Counted from the first letter of the whole stretch, positions 1-13,558 are shown. The stretch is DNA of 63,626 nucleotides, filler included, from Octopus bimaculoides (GCF_001194135.2; 6 parts of 4 records of this genome joined end to end with filler, not necessarily neighbours in it), one strand, 5' to 3'. Numbers and translations: made by a program. Notes: generated from the letters alone by a model not told the origin.

Positions 1-31
<31 letters not shown>

Positions 32-74
32 CGAGCTTATTATCTACTGAATATATAACATTAGTATCTGTATT

Positions 75-363
75 AAAAGGGCAAAAATTACCTTCGGTCA
101 TAAACGACCATGGGATAGAATGTTCCACTCCGATGCACACGTCCGAGCATGGTCGTTTTACGGAAGACCACCAGTCGCCCGTGCATTCATCCCTAGAGTT
201 TGGCACCAATGATGTTGCAACTCATTTCTACAGCTAAAGGAATTGGACCAACGTGAAATAAAGTATCTTCTTCAAGAACACAACACAGCCTGTTTCGAGA
301 ATCGAACTCACTACCTCATAATTCTGAGCGTGACGCTCGAACCACTGATCTATACGCTTTCAC
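75..363 (-). mobile_element. tRNA-derived SINE, head type D with its own 3' tail
   Basis: Minus strand reads ...gatcagtggttcgagcg (A-box-like)...gagttcgattctc (B-box)...gtgttcttgaagaagatactttatttcacgttg. The head and central block are shared with the copies at 33656 and 37988. Confidence 0.75.
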
Positions 364-419
364 GGTGTCTGTATATATTATACTAACCAAATAATACGCA
401 CATATAATTTGTATTTATG

Positions 420-626
420 CTTTTATTCTTTTTGTGTTTCAGTCATTTGACTGCAGTCATGCTGGAGTACCACCTATAGTCGATAAAAGCCAACCCAGGG
501 ATTATTCTTTGTAAATATGGTACTTATTCTATCGGGTTCTTTTGCTGAAACGCTATGTTACGAGGACGTAAACACAACAACATCAAGCGAATGTGGGGGA
601 AAATCACAGACACAAGGACACACACA

Positions 627-676
<50 letters not shown>

Positions 677-836
677 ACGGGCTTCTTTCAGTAACTATCT
701 ACCAAATCCACTCAGAAAGCTTTGGTCGGACCGATGCTATAGTGGAAGAGACTTTCTCAAGGTATCACCCAGTTAGTCCGAACTCCGATCTATGTGGTTG
801 GGGGACAAGCTAGCCACCACACAGCCATGCCTGCGC
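420..836 (-). mobile_element. tRNA-derived SINE family A (near full length) with internal (TA)n
   Basis: Colinear with the 56897-57315 copy: head ggcatggctgtgtggtggctag, then tggatttggtagatagttactgaaagaagcccg, microsatellite, and tail ...catgactgcagtcaaatgactgaaacac. Confidence 0.85.
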
Positions 837-1020
837 ATATATATGTGTATTTGAGTGTGAGTGTGTTTGTATATGAGACAAGCAATATCGATATATTTAC
901 ACTTGTTTCCGAGGGTTGCATATAATATCAAATCAGAATTGTATAAACGCAATACTTTCACATACAAAGTATCCACATTTAAATATTTAGATACCAGCCA
1001 AGTTTTATGTAAATGAGAGA

Positions 1021-1025
1021 GGGAG

Positions 1026-1068
<43 letters not shown>

Positions 1069-1077
1069 CTAGCTAGC

Positions 1078-1120
<43 letters not shown>

Positions 1121-1200
1121 GTAGGTAGGTAGGTAGGTAGGTAGGTAGGTAGTTAGATAGATAGATCGATCGATAGATAGATATATAGATAGAGAGATAG
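1021..1200. repeat. Compound microsatellite (GA)n/(GATA)n/(GGTA)n
   Basis: Read directly from the sequence. Confidence 0.95.
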
Positions 1201-2159
1201 AAAATTGAAAGTGGCTTATTAGCCGTATGACATTTTAAACATTTTCACGCTGCTGTTTTGCAAAATCATATAACGTAAAATAGAAATCTTTAATAAATAT
1301 TTCCAAATTTCAGTATTTACTTATTTATGTATGCTGTATATAATCTCACAAGGTTCATATTTTCAGGAGTAGTATTTGCTTTTACCAATATTTTTGTAAT
1401 TTACCATGTTTACCTGCGTTTTTCCAATAATGTTTCGTTTTAAATAATCTCCCATTCTGCTGTTCAATTTATTTCTGTCATAGAATAATGGTTTCTCTTT
1501 CCCGAAAGAAACAAAAAAGTCATTCATTTTTATTTCGTTTGTCTTGGTAACTGAATTTGTGTATGTACGGCAATGTATTTGTCTCTGGCCTTCTCTCTTT
1601 GTCTTTGCCTCTCTTTTACTCGGCATCATTCTGTGTGCATGTATGTTTGTTATTCTATCTGTCTGTCTGCCTGTCTGTATGTGTTTCTGTTTCTCTCTCT
1701 CTGTCTCCCTCACTCACACACACATTCACTTTGTTTGTGCAAGTCGGGAAAAATCAATAAACGGGGTAATAAACCCTTACGTTTGAAAGGATAGTAGGAA
1801 ATTAGATTTGTTTCATATATTTGATTAAACTGCGTGTAACAACTGGCTATCTTGTCGCTTGTGAAATATGAAACACTTTCCCGTTATATTTCATCTTTTC
1901 ACTCCCTCACGCCAACCCCGTTCCTCTCAGGTCAGTTAATTATGTCCCTTCAGAACATAGCCACAAAAGATATATATAAAAAAAAATAGTATTGTTCTCA
2001 ATTAATTTGATTACAATGATTCAGTTCTAGCGATCATCGTGTGAAATAAGGGAACTTCTCTAACATGAATTTATATATCGCCATCTCAATACTGTAAAAT
2101 GTTATATCTTACAAAACAATATTTGCCAAACTTGTGACAGATATATAAAGGTTATGTGC

Positions 2160-2160
<1 letters not shown>

Positions 2161-2207
<47 letters not shown>

Positions 2208-2220
2208 GTAATAATAATAA
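2161..2220. repeat. (AAT)n microsatellite
   Basis: About 20 TAA units. Confidence 0.95.
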
Positions 2221-3167
2221 GAGCACTCAGAAAACGCAAACCTCCGTGAAAGCATCAGCGACGTCCGGATTTCTTTTATTCGACACAAGGCCTCTATAAA
2301 GATGGGACAACGCAACAGCAGACAAAACAATACAATGAGGTACATACAAACACATGTCGAATGAAATTATGGATACAATGAAAAATGAGGATGGAATGGC
2401 TTACCTGCCCCTCATAAGCAGGTAGTGCTACTTTACTCTTTTAAAATAGGGTTTTACTTAATAGTTCAATATCCTGTGTTGCCTCTGTTAGTTTTCCTTT
2501 TTTTAATTTTTTAACCATAAAGTCACTTTTTTCCAATAAACCTTCAAATGTCACCACTGGCGGCATCTCATCGCAATAAAACTGTATCATTGCTATATCT
2601 ATCGTTTCCCCGAACGACTCCATCAATCTATCTCTTCTTTCTGTTCTAGCAGAACAGCTTTCATACCTTCATCGTACTCTGTGGCTGCCAATTTCACTCT
2701 GATTACGTTTTTCATCTTTGCAATCATTTTTCTATGTCTGCACTTTTTGCATATGTTATCATTGTTCTTAGACTTTTCCCCTTTAGTGTCATTGTCTGTT
2801 TTCTTTCACCAGTCTTTTCTTCTGTTACTGGTATCCCTTCCGCTCTATGTCTCTCATCCTCTCTTTCATTTTCTTTCTTCTTCTGTGCTCTCTCTTCCTT
2901 GCTAGAAGATAGTAACGGTTTCTACGTTCTGCGTTCGTTTCTCTCTTACATTTATTGACCCTTCATTTTTAATCTGCTCCTTGGTATCTTTTTTTTTTTT
3001 TTGCTTGGTTTTCCACTCTGCGTCTCCTCTCCAGATCCCTTTCTTTTCTTCCTAAGAGTCTTTTGTGGTGAGTCTGCGGTACTTTCCTTCCTCTTTACCA
3101 CCGTATACTGTTCTTTCATTTTTTCCTCCTCTACGGTTAAACCCCCTTCTTCTTGATGTTCCTTCTC

Positions 3168-3297
3168 GCACGTATGGTTTTGATGCATGTGCCTGGTGTA
3201 CACTTATCAGGCAGGTAGTCATGATGGGTATACTGGGTTTCGTATATTTTACCCCAGTGTCACTCTGATGACATGCACTGCTCTCTCACTCAATAAT
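3168..3297 (+). mobile_element. Terminal fragment of an unclassified interspersed repeat (same family as 36606-37098)
   Basis: 3168-3227 matches the reverse complement of 36606-36665 at 54/60 nt. It ends ...ctctctcactc followed by aataatgataa. Confidence 0.7.
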
Positions 3298-3439
3298 GAT
3301 AAAGGAAAGAGTTTAAGATAAAATACAGGTATGAGAAGAGGGGTAAGAAGATAAAAATAATAACAACAGCAACAATAATAATCAGTAAAAAATGGGCAAC
3401 TGGTTGGCCCTGGGACCAGAGTTGTTCAAGACCAGTGGG

Positions 3440-3650
3440 TCAAAAGATTTGGGGTATGTCATGCACGAATACCTGCACAGCTCAACACCTTATGAAATAC
3501 CGACCAAGTAACACCAGAGTGGTCGACAATGCGTAGGGCAGTGCTGTGCTCGAAAAACATTGAAAAATGCAATACGGTAGAGAATTTAGGGACAATACAC
3601 TGCTTGTCACTTATATCGAAATTATCAACAGGAACAGTCTCAGAGTCAAT
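3440..3650 (+). mobile_element. Possible decayed RTE-type LINE 3' remnant
   Basis: Interrupted frame KRFGVCHARIPAQL..MRRAVLCSKNIEK loosely resembles the RTE C-terminal R-FAGH..R / RR motif region. Weak. Confidence 0.3.
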
Positions 3651-3730
3651 GTATAGACATTCACACACATATATATATATACACACACATACATATACAT
3701 ATATATATATATATATATATACACATAGAA

Positions 3731-3762
<32 letters not shown>

Positions 3763-5644
3763 GTGTGCGTGTGTGTGTGTGTCCGTGTGTAGGTGTGTGT
3801 GAGTGCGTGTGTGTTTGCATACATATATTCACATTCATATGCGTATTCACATATACACATGTATAATAAAGAATGAAAGAATATATATGTTGGTGTTATC
3901 TAACTTGATGAATAGTTACAATCGTTTCAATAACAAGTGGAAATGTTTCATCAATTTACATAATCATTTTACGTATAAAATTATGTTAATTCATATAATA
4001 ATCTATTGATGATGTTACTATTAGCCACGTTGTAAGATGAATTAAATTTGCAATAGCGAAGTATCCACTATTTCCATCAAATATAGTGAGAAATATTAGA
4101 CTGCATAACACTAGGAAAATGAAGTAAATAGCAAGTCTTCGCATTATAGAGACCATCTTTCAGTAGACAGAAATGAAGTTAAGGAACATAACAGATTACT
4201 CTCCTGATCTGTTAGAAAAACCGCCAGTTAATTGTATACAAATGTGCAGGAGGCGAAGCAAATTAGACATAAACCAGATTTCAGATACATCAATTTATTT
4301 ATTGCTCCAAATTTGGAAATACCATTTAAGGGAAGAATCGCAGTTTAAATAAGCATTAGTATATAGGAGTGATTTGGAAGGAACAATTATGAATAAAGGA
4401 AGCACCACGGTTGGGCTTAGAATGAAAGCAGAGAATAAAATTATGCACACCTCAGTAATCAAGCCTAGTTAATATTGAGTCATCTACAGTTTAATTGATA
4501 TTAAATTAGATTCATTAAGTTTTTAAAATGGATACACTAGTTATGAAATGAACGATTGGTTGGTTTCACAAGAAATAATTCAATTGAAAGGTGACAGAAT
4601 TAATAGGGCAAGAACACAACAATTAATATTATGTGAAATTAAGTTAGCATGGTGTACTGACTGAAATATTCGCCTGGATTTCATTAATCATTACTTTCTT
4701 GTATATAAATATATACATATACATATTTATACACACACACTGATAAACACACACATACACACACACACACACATACATATATATATGTATATATATATGT
4801 ATATATATATATATATATATANNNNNNNNNNNNNNNNNNNNNNNNNNNNNNNNNNNNNNNNNNNNNNNNNNNNNNNNNNNNNNNNNNNNNNNNNNNNNNN
4901 NNNNNNNNNNNNNNNNNNNNNNNNNNNNNNNNNNNNNNNNNNNNNNNNNNNNNNNNNNNNNNNNNNNNNNNNNNNNNNNNNNNNNNNNNNNNNNNNNNNN
5001 NNNNNNNNNNNNNNNNNNNNNNNNNNNNNNNNNNNNNNNNNNNNNNNNNNNNNNNNNNNNNNNNNNNNNNNNNNNNNNNNNNNNNNNNNNNNNNNNNNNN
5101 NNNNNNNNNNNNNNNNNNNNNNNNNNNNNNNNNNNNNNNNNNNNNNNNNNNNNNNNNNNNNNNNNNNNNNNNNNNNNNNNNNNNNNNNNNNNNNNNNNNN
5201 NNNNNNNNNNNNNNNNNNNNNNNNNNNNNNNNNNNNNNNNNNNNNNNNNNNNNNNNNNNNNNNNNNNNNNNNNNNNNNNNNNNNNNNNNNNNNNNNNNNN
5301 NNNNNNNNNNNNNNNNNNNNNNNNNNNNNNNNNNNNNNNNNNNNNNNNNNNNNNNNNNNNNNNNNNNNNNNNNNNNNNNNNNNNNNNNNNNNNNNNNNNN
5401 NNNNNNNNNNNNNNNNNNNNNNNNNNNNNTATATATATACATGCATATGTATATACATGCATATATATATACATGCATATAGATGCATATATATATATAT
5501 ATATATACATGCATATGTACATATCCATACGCGTGTATGTTTGCGTGCGTGTGCGTGTGCGTGTATATGTGTATACATATAGACTGATAGAGATAGGAAG
5601 ATAGATAAATAATTAAAAAGATAGATGTAAATACACACACACAC

Positions 5645-5680
<36 letters not shown>

Positions 5681-6039
5681 CTATTACAGGTTTCACATAT
5701 AGTTTGCAGGCACACGGTACTTAGCTATGCAAGTATGAAATACTATAAAGTATACAAAATGTTTTTATAAGTCTATGCCACGTTCTACAGCATCTGCAGT
5801 GATACTTACATAATATTCTGAAGGTTACTTCTACAGATATCCCAAAGAAATCATAACCAGTATGGCATATACACTCATTACCCATGTTTGTCACCGATCT
5901 CGTTGTTAGTTTACATCTGACGTCGCGATACGAAACGTTGTCGCAAAAAAAACATTGCTAGCTATAAGTTCTATAGAATATCTGCAGAAATAACCAAACA
6001 AAAATAATTACAGGTTTAATATAATCGGCGTTGTTTGTT

Positions 6040-6680
6040 TTTGCTGAAGTAGACTTCTGGATGGAGTTGCCATTTTTTGTGTCTCGTTTCATCATATGCT
6101 CTCGGCCTGTATTTCATATAAAACAATGTACAAACCATCTTTAATTATCTCCTCTTATACACCCCAGAGATCATTGACGAAGTTTGGCAGATTATTGAAA
6201 ATTGCTGCGTCATTGACACATATGTCATTACTATATTGGGTCCGTATTCTAGATGTAGAAATGCAGCTTTTGTTACTATGTGATGCTGTTCAATTTGTCC
6301 AGTGTCATTTACAAAATTGAAACCTGGAATTTCCAGAATCCTCTAAATGTATATCCCTGCATAGCATTCACATCTGACTCCGTTAGCACGCCGAAATACC
6401 GCTTGAGATCTTTCATCCGAAACTTAAGCTCAATTTAAATGGCTATGTGTAGCTGTTGGAGAATTTTAACAAACTTTGGCTGAGGGTGGTTGCTGCGAGC
6501 CGGCCATAGATCTGGCAGCAGATTTCCTGGCCCTACTTCCGGAAACAGCCAGAAGTGGCTTTCGGCTATTTCCTATGACCACATCAGCTTCAATTTCTGG
6601 CCTCCTAATTACGCCAATCAGTTGCGAAAGACACCAACTGCTCTGCCTACAACCCCACGGTAGAGCAAAGTGTCAAATTT
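6040..6680 (-). mobile_element. Decayed CR1-clade LINE, ORF2 3' end
   Basis: Frameshifted minus-strand translation gives EICCQIY (cf. DYCCQLW), RCECYAGIYI*RILE (cf. RRERY..IYIWKILE) and TSRIRTQYSNDICVNDAAIFNNLPNFVNDLWGV, typical of the CR1 ORF2 C-terminus. Homologous to 63010-63415. Confidence 0.7.
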
Positions 6681-9368
6681 AGCCCATACATATCAAGAGT
6701 GTATATATTGACTGTAGGTACTTAGTTTTACGCATATATGATCGATTTTGTGTCGGGGGAATAAAAAAGAACTATAAAGATGCAAGAATTTCGGCGGTAG
6801 GAAACCTTTTGCTCTATTAAGAAGAATTTCGATAGTATACTTAAATATTTTCAGCTTCTTTGCTGAAACTACGAACATTTTAAAGTTTTCTAAGACTTTT
6901 GCAGTTTCTATTTATTTATCTTCCTGATTTTATTCATTCCCATTATAGGAATTATCATTATTTCTTTACCTTTGATATTCTGTTGAAATATTTTTAATAT
7001 TTAGCATTTGTTTGCTTTTTGAATTATGTTGAAAAAGATTTAGTGTGTTTAACTATAGCTAGCCCAATGTTCACAGCCTGAAGATAACACTTCTCAAGAA
7101 TTTCGGTTGATGAGCTTTGTTGACACAGAAAACGAAACATCGAAATTGCAATACCCTAAAGGCAAAATATTGGCTTGAATAATATTTTAAAATATTTAAA
7201 GCGCATAAAGACAAATAGAAAGACAAATTCACTTGCATTTATATACAAGTATGTCTATAAAAACATATACACATTGATATACATTTGTGTGAGTGTGTGT
7301 GCGCGTAGAAAATATGATTGCAGATGCTCTTCAGCATGGTTTATCTTTTAGACGTTGTCTTATGTAAGACTAAGAAACAGTACGTGAAGAAATCTCAGCA
7401 CGGGAAAAATTCTGCAATAATCTTTATTCGTTATTGTTTTAGTGGAAAGTAAAGTAGAAAAAGTTTTCTAGTGGAAAATTGATTTTTGGCGTTCGAGAGC
7501 TAAACATATTACCAGTTGGTGTTGCAGTTATAAATTCATGACCTTCTCCAGTTTAAAAAAAGAACTGGAGAAATTTATATATACATTTCTTGCATGCTTG
7601 TTGAATTGAATCATATAACACCTTTCCATGACTAGCAATGTATATGTGCATATGTACATACAGGCGCTCAACTCTCTCACACTTACACACACGTACATAG
7701 ATCCAATACGCACAAACATGTATAGCCTTTATGTAGATTTATAAAATAAATGATATAGCATTTTGTGAGTGTTGCACAAAAGCGGCAGTCATATTTCTCT
7801 CAATGCAATTACTACGGTTCCAGTACACTTTATCAGTTTATATCATTTTATACGCATGAATAACACTGACCCACATGATCACTCATGCATTCTGACGCTG
7901 ATATATATACCCTCACCTAATATGGTAGTATATTCAGATACACAGAAATGCGGTTGCGTGTCATTGTCTGTGTACATATATCATAGTGCGGGTTTTTGTG
8001 TGTGCCTGTAACTGTTTATGTGTATGTATGTAATCTGTGAAGCAGTGAACAAGGACAGAAATTATTATGACGTGCAACAATCATATTAACTATCTAAAAA
8101 TTCACAACATTTCCTAAATTAACTAGCGCTTTTGTATTATTATTCTCTCATATGAAGTACTATAAAGATACATTGCGCTCTGCACCGTATTCATATAAAC
8201 ATTACAAACAAAACTTGACCGGTTCCCACAAGCTTTAAATTTACGCCAAATGTATTGAACGGATTAACGATGCCGAGAAAAGTTCTCTGGCAAACAGTAC
8301 AGAGAATAAATAGCAGCACAAACATTGCCTGAAATTTCTTCAATTTAATCTTATTTCATTTTTCCGCTAAACAATAGAAATCATACGCTATTTAATTAAA
8401 ATGGCATTAAACCAATCTATTTTTCTATTAAAATCATTAAAAGGTCCATTTAACAATTTACTTCCAGAAACCTATGTAAAAATTACATAGACTTTTCGCA
8501 ATTTAATTCAAATATGTACACACATATACGTATGTGCACGTTTGCGTGTGTGCGTGTAGTTATACGTGAGTGTGCATATGTGTGTATATGTGTGTGTATA
8601 TGTGTATGTATATATATATATATATATATATATNNNNNNNNNNNNNNNNNNNNNNNNNNNNNNNNNNNNNNNNNNNNNNNNNNNNNNNNNNNNNNNNNNN
8701 NNNNNNNNNNNNNNNNNNNNNNNNNNNNNNNNNNNNNNNNNNNNNNNNNNNNNNNNNNNNNNNNNNNNNNNNNNNNNNNNNNNNNNNNNNNNNNNNNNNN
8801 NNNNNNNNNNNNNNNNNNNNNNNNNNNNNNNNNNNNNNNNNNNNNNNNNNNNNNNNNNNNNNNNNNNNNNNNNNNNNNNNNNNNNNNNNNNNNNNNNNNN
8901 NNNNNNNNNNNNNNNNNNNNNNNNNNNNNNNNNNNNNNNNNNNNNNNNNNNNNNNNNNNNNNNNNNNNNNNNNNNNNNNNNNNNNNNNNNNNNNNNNNNN
9001 NNNNNNNNNNNNNNNNNNNNNNNNNNNNNNNNNNNNNNNNNNNNNNNNNNNNNNNNNNNNNNNNNNNNNNNNNNNNNNNNNNNNNNNNNNNNNNNNNNNN
9101 NNNNNNNNNNNNNNNNNNNNNNNNNNNNNNNNNNNNNNNNNNNNNNNNNNNNNNNNNNNNNNNNNNNNNNNNNNNNNNNNNNNNNNNNNNNNNNNNNNNN
9201 NNNNNNNNNNNNNNNNNNNNNNNNNNNNNNNNNNNNNNNNNNNNNNNNNNNNNNNNNNNNNNNNNNNNNNNNNNNNNNNNNNNNNNNNNNNNNNNNNNNN
9301 NNNNNNNNNNNNNNNNNNNNNNNNNNNNNNNNNNNNNNNNNNNNNNNNNNNNNNNNNNNNNNNNNNNN

Positions 9369-9400
<32 letters not shown>

Positions 9401-9704
9401 TGTATGTGTGTGTTCCTCTGTATGTGTGAGTCTGTGTCTGTGTGTAGAAATAGTGTGTACAAATAAACATTTGTTGAGATCTCCACGTAGATTATCATGA
9501 TCTAATCTGTATCCAGTATAGTTGCTAAGTCATTTAAATGGTGAGTAGTAGTTATTAGCTGGTGAACAAATGTAGTGCGTTTCACAATGATAGCTATTTA
9601 GAGCACAGTAGTAGGTGTTCCGAGTGGTTTTAGATACTCAAGAATAACGCATCCTCAGCAAAAAACTTTATTGCCTTAATTTACTAATTATGTATGTATG
9701 TATG

Positions 9705-9735
<31 letters not shown>

Positions 9736-9759
9736 GTATGTATGTATGCATGTATATAT

Positions 9760-10200
9760 GTCATTATTCAGTTTATTTCAAGATTTTTACTGTTCCAGTG
9801 ATGGATCGGATTTGTAGTGTTTGAATTAGGTTTTCAGAGGCCTATTTTCTCAAGATTAGTATTTAGGCATTTTATTTACGTATCCCAGGGCCCCAATAAG
9901 TACAGGAAAACAACTGAACTTGTAATCAGGTTAGAGTAACTGCAGATGTCTCAATAGTTCAGCGTAGGTTCTCTTTTCTGCACTGATTTTTAGCAGTATG
10001 TTAACATTTGCTGGGCAGCTAATTTCCACGACTGTGCACAATGTCCCTTTTCTATCCTAAATCATGATATCAGGTGTGTTGTGCTCCCATTTTATTGAGG
10101 TTTTCACTGGTAGATTCCACCAGTATTCTTTTTTATTCTTATTGTGATTTTTATCATAGCTATGAGTGTATGCATAACTGTGTAAATAAAGAAGAGCATT
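9760..10200 (-). mobile_element. R4/Dong-type (restriction-like endonuclease) LINE 3' fragment with internal deletion
   Basis: EYWWNLPVKTSIKWEHNTPDIMI*DRKGTLCTVVEISCPANVNILLKIS..PVLIGALGYV (PD..(D/E)xK RLE region). Ends tgaaataaactgaataatga followed by (CATA)n. Confidence 0.8.
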
Positions 10201-10349
10201 AGGATTTAAACCGAGTATGTAGTTTCACAGTAGTAGTAAAGGGGTTTGAACACGTGTCAGAGGTTTGTGATAGGGGATAATAATTACAGGATTTTGTTCG
10301 ATCCATCAGAAAAAAATATCTATACTACTGAAACGAGAATGTCATATAT

Positions 10350-10650
10350 AAGTCTACAGGTTAAAACAAATAATGTAAGATCATCAACATTGAAGTATGA
10401 TGTTGAAATGGATACATAAAAAACAAAACAAATAAGAAAATTGAGAAATACAAGGACCTAGCCACGTATTGATTTTGTGAAAGACAAATATGGCAATTAT
10501 ACTTGTGGTAATTGGCGCACTTGAAACAACATCGAAACTGCTTGCGTAAGTTGCTGAAAAATATTTGAATTCTTTCATACATTGCAAACCCTGGGAAACG
10601 CGCAATCCTGAATTGAGTAAGGTTCCTAAGACAGATACTTGAAAGCTGAG
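10350..10650 (+). mobile_element. Decayed R4-type RLE LINE 3' fragment, a different subfamily
   Basis: KIEKYKDLA...VVIGALETTSKL...RFLRQIL matches the KYKDL / PIVIGALG / ILRK pattern of R4-type C-termini. Followed by degenerate (GAT)n at 10720-10930. Confidence 0.55.
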
Positions 10651-12754
10651 ATGTGTCACGAAACCTCACGACAACGTTACTGCGAACTAATATATCACAC
10701 AATAGTTTTAACAGCGTTTAAGATGACGACAATGGTGATGAGAATGCAGATGATGTGATATACAACGATCACGGTGATGGCCATGATCAGGATGATGATG
10801 CGCTGACGATAATTACGTTATTCAGGCTGTTGACGCTGATGCTGCCGATGACGATATTGACAACAACACTGATGGTGAATGCGACGATGGAGGTCATAAT
10901 GATTATAGATTCTATGATGCTACACATAATAAAAAAAGTGTGAGGTATACAGCATTCTGCTAAATTCGTCATAATGCTGAACGTAATTTTGAAACAGAAA
11001 GTTATAATACAATTCTGTTGTAATAAAATTTTCTACAGTCTATCTCCCGTTGAAAATTACAAGGATATACAACGAAATAAAAAGCAAAAACGGGAAAACG
11101 AACAAGAGGTCCGAAACATAATGAAATTTTTTAAAATGGCAAGATGGAAGAAACAAAAAGCAAAACAGATTTTATAAACCTTGTGGTCATTGCTGTTACT
11201 TACTCTGGTATTGATCAAGTTTTGTTATATAACAAAGTGGTAGTTTCGCTTCAATTGTTTGGTGGTGATTATTGCACTTGAACTTATGGAAGGTTAAAGA
11301 GTTTCAGCACATAGCAATTTTTAAGATGGCCAATATGAAAAGTTTGTGACAGAAACGTGAAAAAGGAAACAATGTAAAATATCGCAAAAAAAAAAAAGAT
11401 TCTAATAGATAACATAATAAATGTGTGAAATTATATAATAAATATAAAATCGTATCGAACAGTTCAAACTTACACAAGCACATGCACACAAACACATGTG
11501 TAGCAATATTTCGTGTGACATAGTTGTATGCATTTATATGCAGGCATATATATATNNNNNNNNNNNNNNNNNNNNNNNNNNNNNNNNNNNNNNNNNNNNN
11601 NNNNNNNNNNNNNNNNNNNNNNNNNNNNNNNNNNNNNNNNNNNNNNNNNNNNNNNNNNNNNNNNNNNNNNNNNNNNNNNNNNNNNNNNNNNNNNNNNNNN
11701 NNNNNNNNNNNNNNNNNNNNNNNNNNNNNNNNNNNNNNNNNNNNNNNNNNNNNNNNNNNNNNNNNNNATATATATATATATATATACATATGTGCGTGTG
11801 TGTCAGTGTGTGTATGCGTATGTGTATACATGCACATACACTCAAACACATTCATTTGTATTTGTGCTTGCGTCTGTGTGCTCATATATTCAGTGGCATA
11901 TATGAATAAAATATTTTATATTATTTTAGATTTATTGATTTGTATCTCGTGGCATACATACATGCATGTATATATATATACATATATACGCGCGCACGCA
12001 CGCACACATACACACACACACACATACACACACACACACACACAGGCACACACACACACACACATATATATATATACAAATATATATTCACACACACCTA
12101 TATATATATGTATAAATGTATACAGATATATTGAGACATGCGTATGCATACAAGCATACGTCCGAATACATATACATACAAACATATGGGCATATATTTC
12201 TATGTCTACACATGTACATGTATTTATATGTATACGTATGCATAAAGTTATTACTGTGTCTACATAATTGCATTCACAAATCGTTGTACAAGGGGCGCTT
12301 ACAGATATACAATAACAGCATAAACATACATGTGCATACAGAAAGACAATTAGATTGCAACGAATGAATGGCATTTGTTATTTAGTAAATATTTATAAAA
12401 TTATTTAGAAATATAATTGTTTCCTTTTTGCTGCAAGAAAATTATACTTAATTAATTTCATTTCCTCTTTCGTCCGTATCGACTAAATTTTTACAAATTT
12501 GGAAATAACATTAGCTCTCTTGCGGTCAAAGTTGACCATCATTCTAAAGACGACAGAATATTGCATAGTCGATTTCTGGTGAATGGCTTGTATAATGAAA
12601 CATCATTATATAAATTACTATTGCCTGACAGAATTTCAATTAGATTAACTCGCAGATATATACGCACACACACATAAACACAATCACACACACACACATA
12701 CACGCACATATACACATACACATATAAGACCAGTTCTCTGTCTGTCTCTCTCTC

Positions 12755-12792
<38 letters not shown>

Positions 12793-13411
12793 CTTAGCTA
12801 TATCTCTATGCGTGTGCCTGATACGTGGGGTGCATCCGTGTGTGTGTATGTATAAGTGTATTTACAACAAATACCATCATACATACACAAAAATATAGAT
12901 ATTACATACACATATATATATATATATATATATATAGATAGATGCTGCACATTCATATATCTATGAAGATGAATATATACACATGAATATATTTATGCGT
13001 GTGTATATAAGCAAATTCATATACGTCAATAAGTGAATATATCTCTATCCAGAGACACAGGAACGCGCAAATACACACATCCATAATTATTGCGTACGAG
13101 CTTTAGCGTGACAATGAACAAAACAAAGTGTCGTGTGCATGTGTATGTATGTAAGCATGTATGTATGTATGTGCGTATTTGTGTATACATGTATATATCT
13201 ATCTCTTCGCCCACCACTTTATCAATTTTGGTAAATATACATGTATATATGTATGTATACACCCTCATACACTGTATGGATGTATGAATGCATTTTTGTG
13301 AGTGGTTCGTGTATATACGTGCACACACTTTTGTTTGTTTTTTGAGGATGTATAGTAGTTTGATAATTTGTAGTTTAATGGAGAGTTTGCATGTCTCAGT
13401 GCTCCTTTCTC

Positions 13412-13458
<47 letters not shown>

Positions 13459-13558
13459 NNNNNNNNNNNNNNNNNNNNNNNNNNNNNNNNNNNNNNNNNN
13501 NNTTAATTAATTAANNNNNNNNNNNNNNNNNNNNNNNNNNNNNNNNNNNNNNNNNNNN
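13459..13558. other. Artificial assembly spacer 44N-TTAATTAATTAA-44N
   Basis: Exactly 100 bp; palindromic 12-mer with stops in all six frames; identical at five places. Confidence 0.95.

Noticed and set aside
2218-2260. aagagcactcagaaaacgcaaacctcc, resembling a Helentron-associated element start
   Set aside because: Based only on recollection; there is no second copy or matching 3' end in the window.
4080-4620. Coding-like decayed segment (ALVYRSDL..VGLRMK) resembling a LINE APE endonuclease
   Set aside because: No catalytic motifs (GDFN, SDH) were found; similarity is too weak to call.
4644-5715. Long ORFs spanning N runs with YI/CV/HT repeats (also at 8.5, 11.5, 17.7, 35, 43, 53 and 58 kb)
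   Set aside because: Translations of (TA)/(CA)/(TG) microsatellites and gaps.
5916-5943. CTGACGT..GAAACGTTGTC hammerhead-like string
   Set aside because: A9 is missing, helix II and helix I do not form, and there is no PLE context.
12460-12680. ~75-codon ATG-less open frame on the plus strand
   Set aside because: No convincing splice sites or similarity; this length is compatible with chance.
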